Of a stretch of DNA of 64,000 bases, positions 52,875-61,735 are shown in pieces. The stretch's first letter is position 1; every line of letters starts with the position of its first letter. The translations under genes were made by a program, and so were the position numbers. The stretch is taken from positions 4,444,710-4,508,709 of the forward strand of contig OY969553.1 of the NCBI GenBank assembly GCA_963700925.1. The letters run 5' to 3'. The notes beneath the pieces are model-generated. The model did no database searches and was not told the DNA's origin. It was given only the letters and a program-made list of their open reading frames with translations. This DNA is from an uncultured Actinomycetota bacterium. GTDB lineage: Bacteria > Actinomycetota > Actinomycetes > Actinomycetales > CAWJMD01.

Positions 52875-54518
52875 TCAGTCGGGTGGGAAGGGCTGCACGT
52901 CGGGCTGGCACACGGTGCCACGGGCCGGCACCTTCAGGTTGATCAGGTAGTCGGCCGCGATCAGGTCGGCACACGAGCTGTCACCGAGGATGCAGTGGCC
53001 GAACGCGTCGACACTGACCAGCCGCGCGTTGCCGAGCTCGCGTGACATCCGCTTCGAGAACTCGTACTGCGTCGCGGGGTCGTAGTAGTTGCCGATCACG
53101 AGCACCGGGGTCTGGGTGCGACGGTCCCAGGGACCGACGTACGGGTCGGGGTCGTCAACCGGCCACGCCGGGCAGATCGCGGGGTCGCCCCACGCCAGGT
53201 AGCGCCCGAAGTCGGGCATCTGCCGCTCCCACCGGTCCGCAACGCGCGGCAGCTGGTGCGGCCTGAGGGAGAACGGTTTGTCCGAGCAGTTCACCGCCGA
53301 GTAGGAGTCGTCGCTGGTGTACGGGGTGTCGGGCCAGACGTCGTACCGCGCAAGCGAAGGTTCGCCCAGGAGTGCTGTCGCGGCCGCGGAGGGGGCCGCC
53401 GCGCGGGCCGCCGTCGACGGGAAGGCCGCCTGGTAGATCGCCTGCAGCAGCTCTGCGAGCTCAGCGAACTGGCCGGGGCTGTACAGGACGCCAGCGGTGG
53501 TGCCGACCAACGCCGCCTCGTCGACGACGCTCTCGTCGGGCAGCGTGACCGGCCCGACCTGTCGCAGGTGGTCGTGAAGCTGGGTGAACTTCGCCCGTGC
53601 GTCGGGTCCGAAGGCGCAGTCGGCGTCCTCGTCGCAGCGGGTCAGATAGGCGTCCAGGGCGATCTCGAAGCCGTTGGTGCGCTGGCGGTCGTACTCCAGA
53701 CCGTCCCGCAGTCGCAGCCTGGGGTCGACGTTGCCGTCCAGGATCAGTGCCCTGGACTTCTTCGGGAACAGGTTCGCGTAGGTCGCGCCCAGGAGGGTGC
53801 CGTACGAGAACCCGACGTAGGTGAGCCTCTCGTCGCCCACGGCACCGCGGAGCAGGTCGAGGTCGCGAGCGACGTCCTTGGTCGACATGTGCTCGATCAG
53901 CCGGCCGGCCACGTTCTCGCAGGCCTCGCCGTAGTCCCGATACGCCTGGAGGGTGGACGACTCCTCCTCCGCGGTCACGGGCATCGCGAGCATTCGGCCG
54001 GAGACCTCGTTGGCCTCCTCGTCCGTCGTGAAGCAGCGCAGCGGCGTGCTGCGGGCGACCCCGCGCGGGTCGAAGCCGATCAGGTCGAACCGGTCGAGCA
54101 CCTCCGGCTCGAAGATGCCGGCGCCGGACTTCGGCATGCGGTATCCGCTTCCACCGGGGCCGCCGGGGTTGAGGAACAGCGATCCGATCCTGCTGGCCTG
54201 GTCGTTGGCCGCCCGACGCATCAAGGCGATGCTGATGGCGCCCCGCCGCGGCCGGTCGTGGTCGAGAGGCACGGCGTACGTGGCGCAGCTGTACTGCGGA
54301 AGCTCCGCCAGCGGGACGCCGACCAGTTCGGCCGGGTCGCACGGCGCCCACGCGACGGGGGGTGGCGTGGCGGACTGCGGTGTGGCGGACTGCGGTGCGG
54401 CGGACTGCGGTGCGGCCGTGCTGGACGCGGTCGGGACGAGGAACCCCGTGACTCCGAGGACCGCGGCCACGGCAAGCGTGGCGGGACGGCTGAGCGGGCG
54501 AGCAGACCTGACAGTCAC
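52875..54518 (-). CDS. Secreted alpha/beta-hydrolase, tripeptidyl-aminopeptidase (TAP) family
   Basis: GTG at 54518 follows AAGGAGGG. A signal peptide is present. Also GFSYGT (nucleophile elbow) and a C-terminal SVDAFGHC. Confidence 0.8.
   Translation of the reverse strand: MTVRSARPLSRPATLAVAAVLGVTGFLVPTASSTAAPQSAAPQSATPQSATPPPVAWAPCDPAELVGVPLAELPQYSCATYAVPLDHDRPRRGAISIALMRRAANDQASRIGSLFLNPGGPGGSGYRMPKSGAGIFEPEVLDRFDLIGFDPRGVARSTPLRCFTTDEEANEVSGRMLAMPVTAEEESSTLQAYRDYGEACENVAGRLIEHMSTKDVARDLDLLRGAVGDERLTYVGFSYGTLLGATYANLFPKKSRALILDGNVDPRLRLRDGLEYDRQRTNGFEIALDAYLTRCDEDADCAFGPDARAKFTQLHDHLRQVGPVTLPDESVVDEAALVGTTAGVLYSPGQFAELAELLQAIYQAAFPSTAARAAAPSAAATALLGEPSLARYDVWPDTPYTSDDSYSAVNCSDKPFSLRPHQLPRVADRWERQMPDFGRYLAWGDPAICPAWPVDDPDPYVGPWDRRTQTPVLVIGNYYDPATQYEFSKRMSRELGNARLVSVDAFGHCILGDSSCADLIAADYLINLKVPARGTVCQPDVQPFPPD
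54368..54412. repeat. 15-bp tandem repeat x3 in the TAP peptidase 5' region
   Basis: tggcggactgcggtg x2, then cggcggactgcggtg. It encodes AAPQSAAPQSATPQSATP directly after the signal peptide. Confidence 0.9.
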
Positions 54519-54653
54519 GGAAGCACCCTCCTTCGGCCTGGCGCGCTGGTCGCGCCGCTGCACACGCGGGAGCGTCCCACGTCCGGACCGGTGTCGGCAT
54601 CGCCGAATTGGGTGAACCGGCGCCTTGGTCGAGTAGCCGTGCGCGAGACCTGC

Positions 54654-57600
54654 TCACCCAGGCGCACTGAAACGAATGGTTCGCACCTCGAACGGCGTCA
54701 GCGCCAACGGGATCGGGCGACCGTCGCCATGTTCCCCATCGCCAGCCGCACCGATCTCCTCCTCGAGCAAGTTCACCCACGTCGGAGCGCCCACCGGTGC
54801 ATCGATCGTGAGCTGGCCGGCAGCACGCCGCCCCAGCGACTCGTAGACCCGGACCACGAGACCACCCGAACGGTCTGCCGCGAGCTTCACGCTGGAGAGA
54901 ACGATCCCCTCCCCCGTCACGCTGACCAGTGGCGAGAAGCCATGACTGCCCTGCACGTGTCGTTCACCCGTGTTGAGCAGGGCTCCAGCCTCGGTCGCTT
55001 CGGCGACACCAGCTCCGATCACGATGCCGAACCGGTGCGTGTGCGTCCCTTGGTCGGTCTCCGGGTCGGGGAAGCGCGGCGCCCGAAGGAGCGAGAGGCG
55101 CACACATGTCGTGATGCTGTCCGCGTCGGCGTCGCGCGTGACGTCGAAGCCGTACGTCGAGTCGTTGACCAGTGCGACGCCGAAGCCGGGCTCCTCGACC
55201 AGGACGAACCGGTGCATCGACGTCTCGAACTTCGCAGCCTCCCAGCTCGTGTTCGTGTGCGTGACCCGCTTGTAGTAGCCGAACTGAGTCTCGGCGACGC
55301 TGTGGTCCGCACGCACGTCGAGCGGAAAGGCGACCTTGAGGAACTTCTCGGTCTCGTGCCAATCGGTCGTCTGCTCGATCAGGAGCGTGCGCGACTCGGG
55401 TGCGAGCGTGAGCTCCTGGCGGACGCGTGACCGCGACGAGATGGCGCGCTCGACGACAATGCGGGCCACGCCATCCGCCCCGCTCGTTTGATGGATCGAC
55501 TCGACGTCGCGCAGATCGGTGACCCGGTTGCGGTAGTAGCGGTCGACATCCCAGGCGTCCCACTTGTTGGGGAAGTCCTGGTGCAGCTGCAGCAGGTTCG
55601 CATCGAGCCCCGGCGCGATCGCCTCCCTTCCGGTCCGACGGTCGACCGCCGAGGTCACTAGGCCCTCCTGCGAAACCGTCACTGACACAAGGTCGTTCGT
55701 CAGCACGTACCCCGCTTCAGTCACGTCGATCGCCGTCGGACGCGTCGCTGCGGACGGCTCGTCGCCCTCGGTCGCTCCCCCGGCTGGCACACCATTCCGC
55801 TCGTACGGTGCGCCATTCAGCTGCACACGGTCGTCGCCCTCCCCCACCAGTTCGCGCACGGCGGCGTCGATGAGCGCCTCAGCAGCTGTGGTGATGCGGT
55901 GGTACTCCGCGACTGCCTCGCGGTGCACCCACGCGATGGACGTCCCCGGCAGGATGTCGTGGAACTGATGGAGCAACACCTGCTTCCACAGCTCGTCAAG
56001 CTCCGTGTACGGGTAGCTGCTCTGCAGCCCTCTCATGGCAGCAGTCGCTGCCCAGAGCTCGGCTTCGACGAGAAGGTGCTCCGCCCGACGGTTGCCCTGC
56101 TTGGTCTTGTGCTGCGACGTCAGCGTGGCGCGGTGCAGCTCCAGGTACAGCTCGCCGACCCAGACCGGTGGCCTCGGCAGCTCGGCCCTGGCCTGCTCGA
56201 AGAAGTCGTCCGGATGACGCCACCGCACAGTGGGGCTGCCCTCGAGATCGGCAAGGCGAGCCGCCTTACCGGTCATCTCCCGAGTGGTGCCGCCGCCCCC
56301 GTCGCCCCAGCCGACCGGTGCGATGGACCCTGACACCAGCCGGTTCTCGCGGAACTGCCGGGCCGCCTTAGCCAGCTCCATGCCGGACAGCTGCGAGTTG
56401 TACGTGTCCATCGGAGGGAAGTGCGTGAACACGCGCGAGCCGTCGATCCCCTCCCACAGGAACGTGTGGTGGGGGAACTTGTTGACCTGGTTCCACGAGA
56501 TCTTCTGGGTGAAGAACCAGTCGAAACCGGCCCGACGCATCAGCTGTGGCAGCCCAGGCGAGTACCCGAAGCTGTCAGGCAGCCAGACCCCCTTGCAGCG
56601 GACGCCGAACTCCTCCAGGAAGAACCGCTGGCCGTAAAGGAACTGGCGCACCAGCGACTCGCCGCTCGGCATGACGGTGTCGCTCTCCACCCACATCCCG
56701 CCCAGGGGGATGAACCGGCCAGCGGCGACTGCCGCCTTGACCTCCGCGTAGACCTCGGGGCGATGCACCTTCAGCCACTCGTACTGCTGCGCACTCGACA
56801 TGCCGTAGCGGAAGTCCGGGTCCTTCTCGAGAAGCTCGGTCATGGACGAGCAGGTGCGCGCAACCTTGCGGATCGTCTCGCGCAGCGGCCAGAGCCACGC
56901 CGAGTCGATGTGCGCGTGGCCGATGGCTGAGATCTCGTGCGCACTCTCGTCCGCCCGCTTGGCCAGCACGTCGGCCAGTGCGGAGCGCGCGTCTCCCGCG
57001 GTCTCTGAAATACGTTGCAGGTCAAGCCGGTCGAGAGCGTCGTCGAGCGCTTGCAGGATGCGCATGCGCCGCGGGCCGTCCGCGAGCTCGGCTTGCAGCT
57101 CCAGGAGCACCTCGACGTCGAGCATCAGCTCGTACACCTGCTCGTCGAACAGCACGAGGTCCATGCGACGTGTGACATAGAGCTTGCGAGGCGACGAGGT
57201 GAGGGTGTCGCCCTCCGCGGTCGGCCGAAATGGGTTGTGGTGGAGCAAGATCGGGTTGGCAGCGGCTTCGATGTAGTACTCAAGCTCTTGGCCGGCGGAC
57301 GCCGTGGGCGGCACTGGTGCCCACTGGTTGCGAGGGTTCAGTGACTTCACCGGTGAGCCGTCATGCCGGTAGAGCAGGCCCTCGCACTGGAACCCCGGCA
57401 GGCCCTGCTCGAACCCGAGGTCGAGCACCATCTCGACGCGTCCACCCGCCCACTCGGGTGGGACGCTCCCACGCAGCCGGAACCAGGTGGTCCCCCAGGC
57501 GGGACCCCACGACGTGCCGACCTCGTACGGCGTGTACTCGAGCGCGAGCCCGTCGCTGGGTGGGATCGGCTCGCCGGGCAGCTCGTGCCAGTCGACGGTC

Positions 57601-57692
57601 AACGGCGTCGATGCCAGGTAGATCGCTGGTGCTATCCGCTCGGCGAGAACGCGCTTGGCGCGGCCGATCGTCAGTGGAACGTCGTCGTGCAT
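54654..57692 (-). CDS. Alpha-mannosidase (GH38)
   Basis: ATG at 57692 follows GGAGGG, about 1012 aa. Sequence: AIGHAHIDSAWLWP...WLPDSFGYS...HDILPGTSI. Confidence 0.9.
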   Translation of the reverse strand: MHDDVPLTIGRAKRVLAERIAPAIYLASTPLTVDWHELPGEPIPPSDGLALEYTPYEVGTSWGPAWGTTWFRLRGSVPPEWAGGRVEMVLDLGFEQGLPGFQCEGLLYRHDGSPVKSLNPRNQWAPVPPTASAGQELEYYIEAAANPILLHHNPFRPTAEGDTLTSSPRKLYVTRRMDLVLFDEQVYELMLDVEVLLELQAELADGPRRMRILQALDDALDRLDLQRISETAGDARSALADVLAKRADESAHEISAIGHAHIDSAWLWPLRETIRKVARTCSSMTELLEKDPDFRYGMSSAQQYEWLKVHRPEVYAEVKAAVAAGRFIPLGGMWVESDTVMPSGESLVRQFLYGQRFFLEEFGVRCKGVWLPDSFGYSPGLPQLMRRAGFDWFFTQKISWNQVNKFPHHTFLWEGIDGSRVFTHFPPMDTYNSQLSGMELAKAARQFRENRLVSGSIAPVGWGDGGGGTTREMTGKAARLADLEGSPTVRWRHPDDFFEQARAELPRPPVWVGELYLELHRATLTSQHKTKQGNRRAEHLLVEAELWAATAAMRGLQSSYPYTELDELWKQVLLHQFHDILPGTSIAWVHREAVAEYHRITTAAEALIDAAVRELVGEGDDRVQLNGAPYERNGVPAGGATEGDEPSAATRPTAIDVTEAGYVLTNDLVSVTVSQEGLVTSAVDRRTGREAIAPGLDANLLQLHQDFPNKWDAWDVDRYYRNRVTDLRDVESIHQTSGADGVARIVVERAISSRSRVRQELTLAPESRTLLIEQTTDWHETEKFLKVAFPLDVRADHSVAETQFGYYKRVTHTNTSWEAAKFETSMHRFVLVEEPGFGVALVNDSTYGFDVTRDADADSITTCVRLSLLRAPRFPDPETDQGTHTHRFGIVIGAGVAEATEAGALLNTGERHVQGSHGFSPLVSVTGEGIVLSSVKLAADRSGGLVVRVYESLGRRAAGQLTIDAPVGAPTWVNLLEEEIGAAGDGEHGDGRPIPLALTPFEVRTIRFSAPG

Positions 57693-57705
57693 GGACTGCC
57701 CTCCA

Positions 57706-58215
57706 TCAGACGCTGTCATCTGCGGTGTCGAGCGCTGCGGACGACAGCCGCTCCAGTGACTCCCCCTGGGTCCTGAAGATCACCAGCTCGTCCATCCGGC
57801 GCGCCCCGAGACGAGAGAAGAACCGGATCGCTGGGTCGTTCGTCGCCAGGGCCCACCATTCGAAGCGCGCGCATCCACGCGCTGTCGCGATGCCGGCCAC
57901 ATGCGCGACGAGCGCCTTCCCATAACCCAGCGACTGGAACGCCGGTCGGACGAACAGGTCGTCGAGATGGAGCCCGCGCCTGCCGGTCGTCGTCGCGAAC
58001 GTCTCGTAGAAGACAGCGAAACCCGCCGGCTGCTCGGCGGAGTACGCGAGGACGGCCTCAGCCGCGGGCTGCGGCCCGAACAGGCTGTCCTGCAGGTCGT
58101 CCGCAGAAACCGTCACCGGGAAGGGAAACGCCTCGGCGTCTGCCAGCTCGCCGATCAGGCTGACCAGCAACTCGATGTCCGATGGGCGTGCCGCCCTGAT
58201 CAGCAGGTCGCTCAC
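57706..58215 (-). CDS. GNAT family N-acetyltransferase
   Basis: Sequence: LLIRAARPSDIELL...LFVRPAFQSLGYGKALVAHV...NDPAIRFFSRLGA. The start is GTG 58215 or TTG 58236. Confidence 0.8.
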   Translation of the reverse strand: MSDLLIRAARPSDIELLVSLIGELADAEAFPFPVTVSADDLQDSLFGPQPAAEAVLAYSAEQPAGFAVFYETFATTTGRRGLHLDDLFVRPAFQSLGYGKALVAHVAGIATARGCARFEWWALATNDPAIRFFSRLGARRMDELVIFRTQGESLERLSSAALDTADDSV

Positions 58216-58228
58216 GTGAGAAGTCCCC

Positions 58229-58729
58229 TCATACAACTGATGTCACTTCCACGGACGGTTCACAGTCGACCGGGAAGCTCACCGAGCTGGCGATGAAGCA
58301 TCGCTCGTGCGCCGTCTCGTGAAGCTCCTGCGCGGCCTCGGACATGCTGTCATCCGCCACGGAGACGACCGGCCGGAGCGTGACCTCGGTGAAGCGTCCC
58401 CCGCCCTTGGCGTCGGTGACCATCACGCCGGTGGCTCGGTCCTCGTACTCCGTCACGACGACTCCCGCGTCGGCACACAGGTGAAGGTAGGTCAGCAGGT
58501 GGCACTGGCTGAGTGCGGCCACCAGCAGCTCCTCAGGGTTCCAGCGCGAGGCGTCGCCACGGAAGGCCGCGTCGGAACTACCCAGCAGCACCGGCTTCCC
58601 CGCGGCGGTGACCTCGTGGGCACGGGCGTACGCGCGGTAGCCCGCCGTCCCCTCCCCCAGGTTGCCGGTCCACCTCACCGCCACCTCGTAGCCGTGCTCG
58701 GCAGTCCCGGCGACCTGTTCCGTGGTCAC
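58229..58729 (-). CDS. OsmC family peroxiredoxin-like protein
   Basis: GTG at 58729. Sequence: WNPEELLVAALSQCHLLTYLHLCA...AHERCFIASS. Confidence 0.85.
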   Translation of the reverse strand: MTTEQVAGTAEHGYEVAVRWTGNLGEGTAGYRAYARAHEVTAAGKPVLLGSSDAAFRGDASRWNPEELLVAALSQCHLLTYLHLCADAGVVVTEYEDRATGVMVTDAKGGGRFTEVTLRPVVSVADDSMSEAAQELHETAHERCFIASSVSFPVDCEPSVEVTSVV

Positions 58730-58755
58730 TCGAAATCCTCTGTCACTCGAAGCTG

Positions 58756-59376
58756 TCACTCGAAGCGGGAGGCATCGCCCGCGCCGTGGCGGACGACCTC
58801 CGGGAAACCGCTCGAGAAGTCGACCACCGTCGTCGGCACCAGACCGCACTCCCCGCTGTCGACGACAGCGTCGACCTGGTGGTCGAGTGCCTCCTTGATG
58901 AGCCATCCGTCCGTCATCGGCTCGTCCTCCCCCGGCATCAGCAGCGTGCTCGACACCATCGGCTCACCCAGCTCGGCCAGCAGTGCCTGCGCGACCGGAT
59001 GCTCAGGGATGCGCACCCCGACGGTCTTTTTCTTGGGATCCTGCAGACGGCGAGGCACCTCGGGCGTGGCCGGCAGGATGAAGGTGTAGCTGCCGGGGGT
59101 CACTGACTTGATCGCTCGAAACACGTTGTTGTCCAAGTGGACGAGGTGGCCGAGCTGCGCGAAGTCGTGGCAGACGAGCGTGTAGTGGTGCCGCTTGTCG
59201 AGGTGGCGGATGCGGGAGATGCGCTCCTTGCCCTGGGGGTTCCCCAGAGAGCACCCCAGCGCGAAGCAGGAGTCGGTGGGGTAGGCGACAAGCCCTCCGG
59301 CCCGGACGATCTCGACGACCTGGCTGATGGAGCGCGGCTGTGGGTCCTGCGGGTGGACCTCGAAGTACCTCGCCAT
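58756..59376 (-). CDS. L-threonylcarbamoyladenylate synthase family protein (YrdC/YciO-like)
   Basis: Sequence: VAYPTDSCFALGC...SYTFILPAT...VGVRIPEHPV. Confidence 0.85.
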   Translation of the reverse strand: MARYFEVHPQDPQPRSISQVVEIVRAGGLVAYPTDSCFALGCSLGNPQGKERISRIRHLDKRHHYTLVCHDFAQLGHLVHLDNNVFRAIKSVTPGSYTFILPATPEVPRRLQDPKKKTVGVRIPEHPVAQALLAELGEPMVSSTLLMPGEDEPMTDGWLIKEALDHQVDAVVDSGECGLVPTTVVDFSSGFPEVVRHGAGDASRFE

Positions 59377-59413
59377 CCAACGACCCTAGTCCCGCGCACG
59401 AGCCCCGTCGTGA

Positions 59414-59848
59414 TCATCCGGCCCGGGTGTGGCGGTCGGTCCACCACAGCCAGCCGAGCCCGAGCACAGGCAGGACCAGCGGCACGTACCCGTACCCCTG
59501 CCCGAACCCCGACCAGACGGTCTCGTCGGGGAAGGCGGACCTGTCGAGCAGGCTCGCGGTGCCGACCGCGACAACGCCGACCAGCTCCAGGAGCACGGCG
59601 GACCAGGCCACGCGGCGGCTCAGGTCGGACGAACGCGCGAGCGCAACGGTCGCCACCACGTAGACGCAGGCCGCCAGGGCGGACAGCAGGTACGCCACAG
59701 GGGCCTCGTCGAAGTGCGTCGCGAGCTGCACACCGGCCCGGGCAGAGGCCGATACCGCGAACACCGCGTACACGGCGATCAGGATGCGCCCAGGCCCACT
59801 GCGCGTGGGAACCCTTCTGGCAGTGGAGGAGTCGGGAGTCTCAGGCAC
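59414..59848 (-). CDS. Hypothetical integral membrane protein (144 aa)
   Basis: 4 hydrophobic segments. The start overlaps the upstream gene by 8 nt. Confidence 0.5.
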   Translation of the reverse strand: MPETPDSSTARRVPTRSGPGRILIAVYAVFAVSASARAGVQLATHFDEAPVAYLLSALAACVYVVATVALARSSDLSRRVAWSAVLLELVGVVAVGTASLLDRSAFPDETVWSGFGQGYGYVPLVLPVLGLGWLWWTDRHTRAG

Positions 59849-60203
59849 GGTCTGCCCAGATCTGCAGCAGGCGCAGCATCAGCACGGCTTCGGTGGCGGC
59901 AGCGATGGCGAAGACGCCGTTGCCCCAGCGGCTACGGTCTGCGATGCCCCAGGCGACGCCGACCGGCAGCACCGTGATCGCCGTCAGGTGGTACCCGACG
60001 AAGGTGATCGGCTCGACCTGTCGCTCGTCCGTGGCCATCAGCACCAGCCCGAGCGCGAACTGGAGCAGCAGCGCGCCCTCCAGGACGGCGGCTGCAACGA
60101 GCTGGCCCTTGCTGGGGCGGACGCCCCGCGCTGCGGCCACGATCGACCAGCCGGCCACGCCGAGAGCGGCGGCGATGACGGCGTAGGCCAGTGGGGTCAG
60201 CAC
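59841..60203 (-). CDS. Hypothetical integral membrane protein (120 aa)
   Basis: 4 hydrophobic segments and high GC3. Confidence 0.5.
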   Translation of the reverse strand: MLTPLAYAVIAAALGVAGWSIVAAARGVRPSKGQLVAAAVLEGALLLQFALGLVLMATDERQVEPITFVGYHLTAITVLPVGVAWGIADRSRWGNGVFAIAAATEAVLMLRLLQIWADRA

Positions 60204-60292
60204 TGTCGCTCCCAGCAGTGTCGTGGATGGGTCCGGCCGGACCGGTTGATCGTAGGGCGCGGCTGACGGGGGCCCTGGCTAGGGTCGGCGGG

Positions 60293-60895
60293 GTGACAGC
60301 GCCCACGTACGACCTCGTCCTGGTCCGGCACGGACGGACGGCCTGGTCGCACACCGGGCAGCACACCGGACACACGGACGTCCCTCTCGACGAGGTGGGG
60401 CTGCAGCAGGGCGCCGGCCTGGCAAGGCTGCTGAGAGGACGCACGTTCGTCGCCGTCGTCTCCAGCCCGCTGCAGCGTGCACGCCGCACCGCCGACTTGG
60501 CCGGGCTGACCGTGACGCGCGAGGATCCCGACCTGATGGAGTGGGACTACGGCGGCTACGAGGGTCTGACGACGGCGCAGGTGCGCGAGATGACCCACCC
60601 GGGCTGGACGGTCTTCGGCGACGGCACCGTCCCCGGTCCGGAGTCTCCCGGCGAGACACTCGAACAGGTGGCGGCGCGGGCCGAGGCGGTGCTCGAGCGG
60701 GTCGCCGACGACTGCGAGCGGGGCGACGTCGCGCTCGTTGGCCACGGGCACCAGCTGCGCGTGCTCACCGCCGTGTACCTCGGCTTCGAGCCCCGGCTGG
60801 GTGCCCATCTCGAGCTCGAGCCGGCCTCGGTCAGCGAACTGAACCGTCACCACGGCGTGCCGACCATCCAGCGCTGGAACCTGACGGCGCCGTGA
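60293..60895 (+). CDS. Histidine phosphatase (phosphoglycerate-mutase-like) family protein
   Basis: GTG at 60293. LVLVRHGRTAWS is the RHG motif. Also VALVGHGHQLRVL. Confidence 0.85.
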   Translation: MTAPTYDLVLVRHGRTAWSHTGQHTGHTDVPLDEVGLQQGAGLARLLRGRTFVAVVSSPLQRARRTADLAGLTVTREDPDLMEWDYGGYEGLTTAQVREMTHPGWTVFGDGTVPGPESPGETLEQVAARAEAVLERVADDCERGDVALVGHGHQLRVLTAVYLGFEPRLGAHLELEPASVSELNRHHGVPTIQRWNLTAP

Positions 60896-61735
60896 CGCCC
60901 ACCCCGCACAGCACGTCGGAGTCCCGCACGAAGGGCCTGGCCAGACGGCTCGCGCACCAGAGCCTCGCCAAGCCCGCACGCGACCTGCAGGCTTGCGAAG
61001 GGCTCGACCTGGGCTTCCAGAACGCCGGCCCGGGAACTGCCGAGGCTGCCCTGGCCCTGCGGCTGGAGGGTGGGGCGAGCGCGGTGCGGGCGGCTGTCGC
61101 CGCGGGCGACCTCGTCAACGTCATGACTCTGAGATGAGCACCCCACCTGCACCGGCGCTCAGACGTGCCAGCCCTCCGGGTGGCACTGGTGCCGGCGTCG
61201 CTCGACGACCTCGAGGCAACCACCGGGCCACTGCCCGAGTCGGTCCGCGAGCTGGACGACCCGGTCGCGGCGGTGGCCCGAGCCGTCGACGAGGCGATGG
61301 GTGACCACGAGACGCTGTCGAAGTCAGACCTCTCGAGTGCGACCACAACCCTGGTCGACTACGACCTCGCGCAGGCGGCCTGGGTGGCGACCCCGTCCGA
61401 TGTCGAGCAGGTGGCCATGTGGGGTTGGCTGGCACCCGTCCACCGTCCGCGCATCTCTTGCCGACGACTCATCTCGCCCACGGAGAACGACCGAGAACGA
61501 CCGGACGGCAAGGCTTCTCCCCGCCCGGGACGCGTGGCTTCGTGGCAGTGACCGCAAGTGGCTGCTCGGCGACCAGGTTGGTCGCCGCGCTGAGGTGTTC
61601 CGCTCGCTCGGCCCCCCGGGAGTGGTGCTGCTCGCAGGCGAGATCGTCGGCACCTGGCGTCAGCGCGCCGCGGGTTCGCGCACCCTGAAGGTCGAGGTCG
61701 ACGCCTGGACACGCTTGACCAGCCCTTGCGCCTGG
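60892..61735 (+). pseudogene. AlkZ/YcaQ-like winged-helix DNA glycosylase gene, decayed (in-frame TGA, 10-bp duplication frameshift, no proper stop)
   Basis: Frame 1 reads RRLAHQSL...VNVMTLR, then TGA (61135-61137), then APHLH...VALVPASLDD. After 61502, frame 2 carries LLPARDAWLRGSDRKWLLGD...GVVLLAGEIVGTWRQ. The 3' boundary is uncertain. Confidence 0.6.
61483..61502 (+). repeat. 10-bp tandem duplication (gagaacgacc x2) causing a +1 frameshift
   Basis: Perfect copies at 61483-61492 and 61493-61502. Deleting one copy joins ...SPTEND to RTARLLPARDAW in one frame. Confidence 0.9.

Noticed and set aside
61135-61137. The in-frame TGA as selenocysteine or programmed read-through.
   Set aside because: The position aligns with a conserved Gly in the family motif. 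I saw no obvious SECIS-like hairpin downstream, though I did not look systematically. The same gene also carries a frameshifting duplication and lacks a proper 3' end, which points to a pseudogene.
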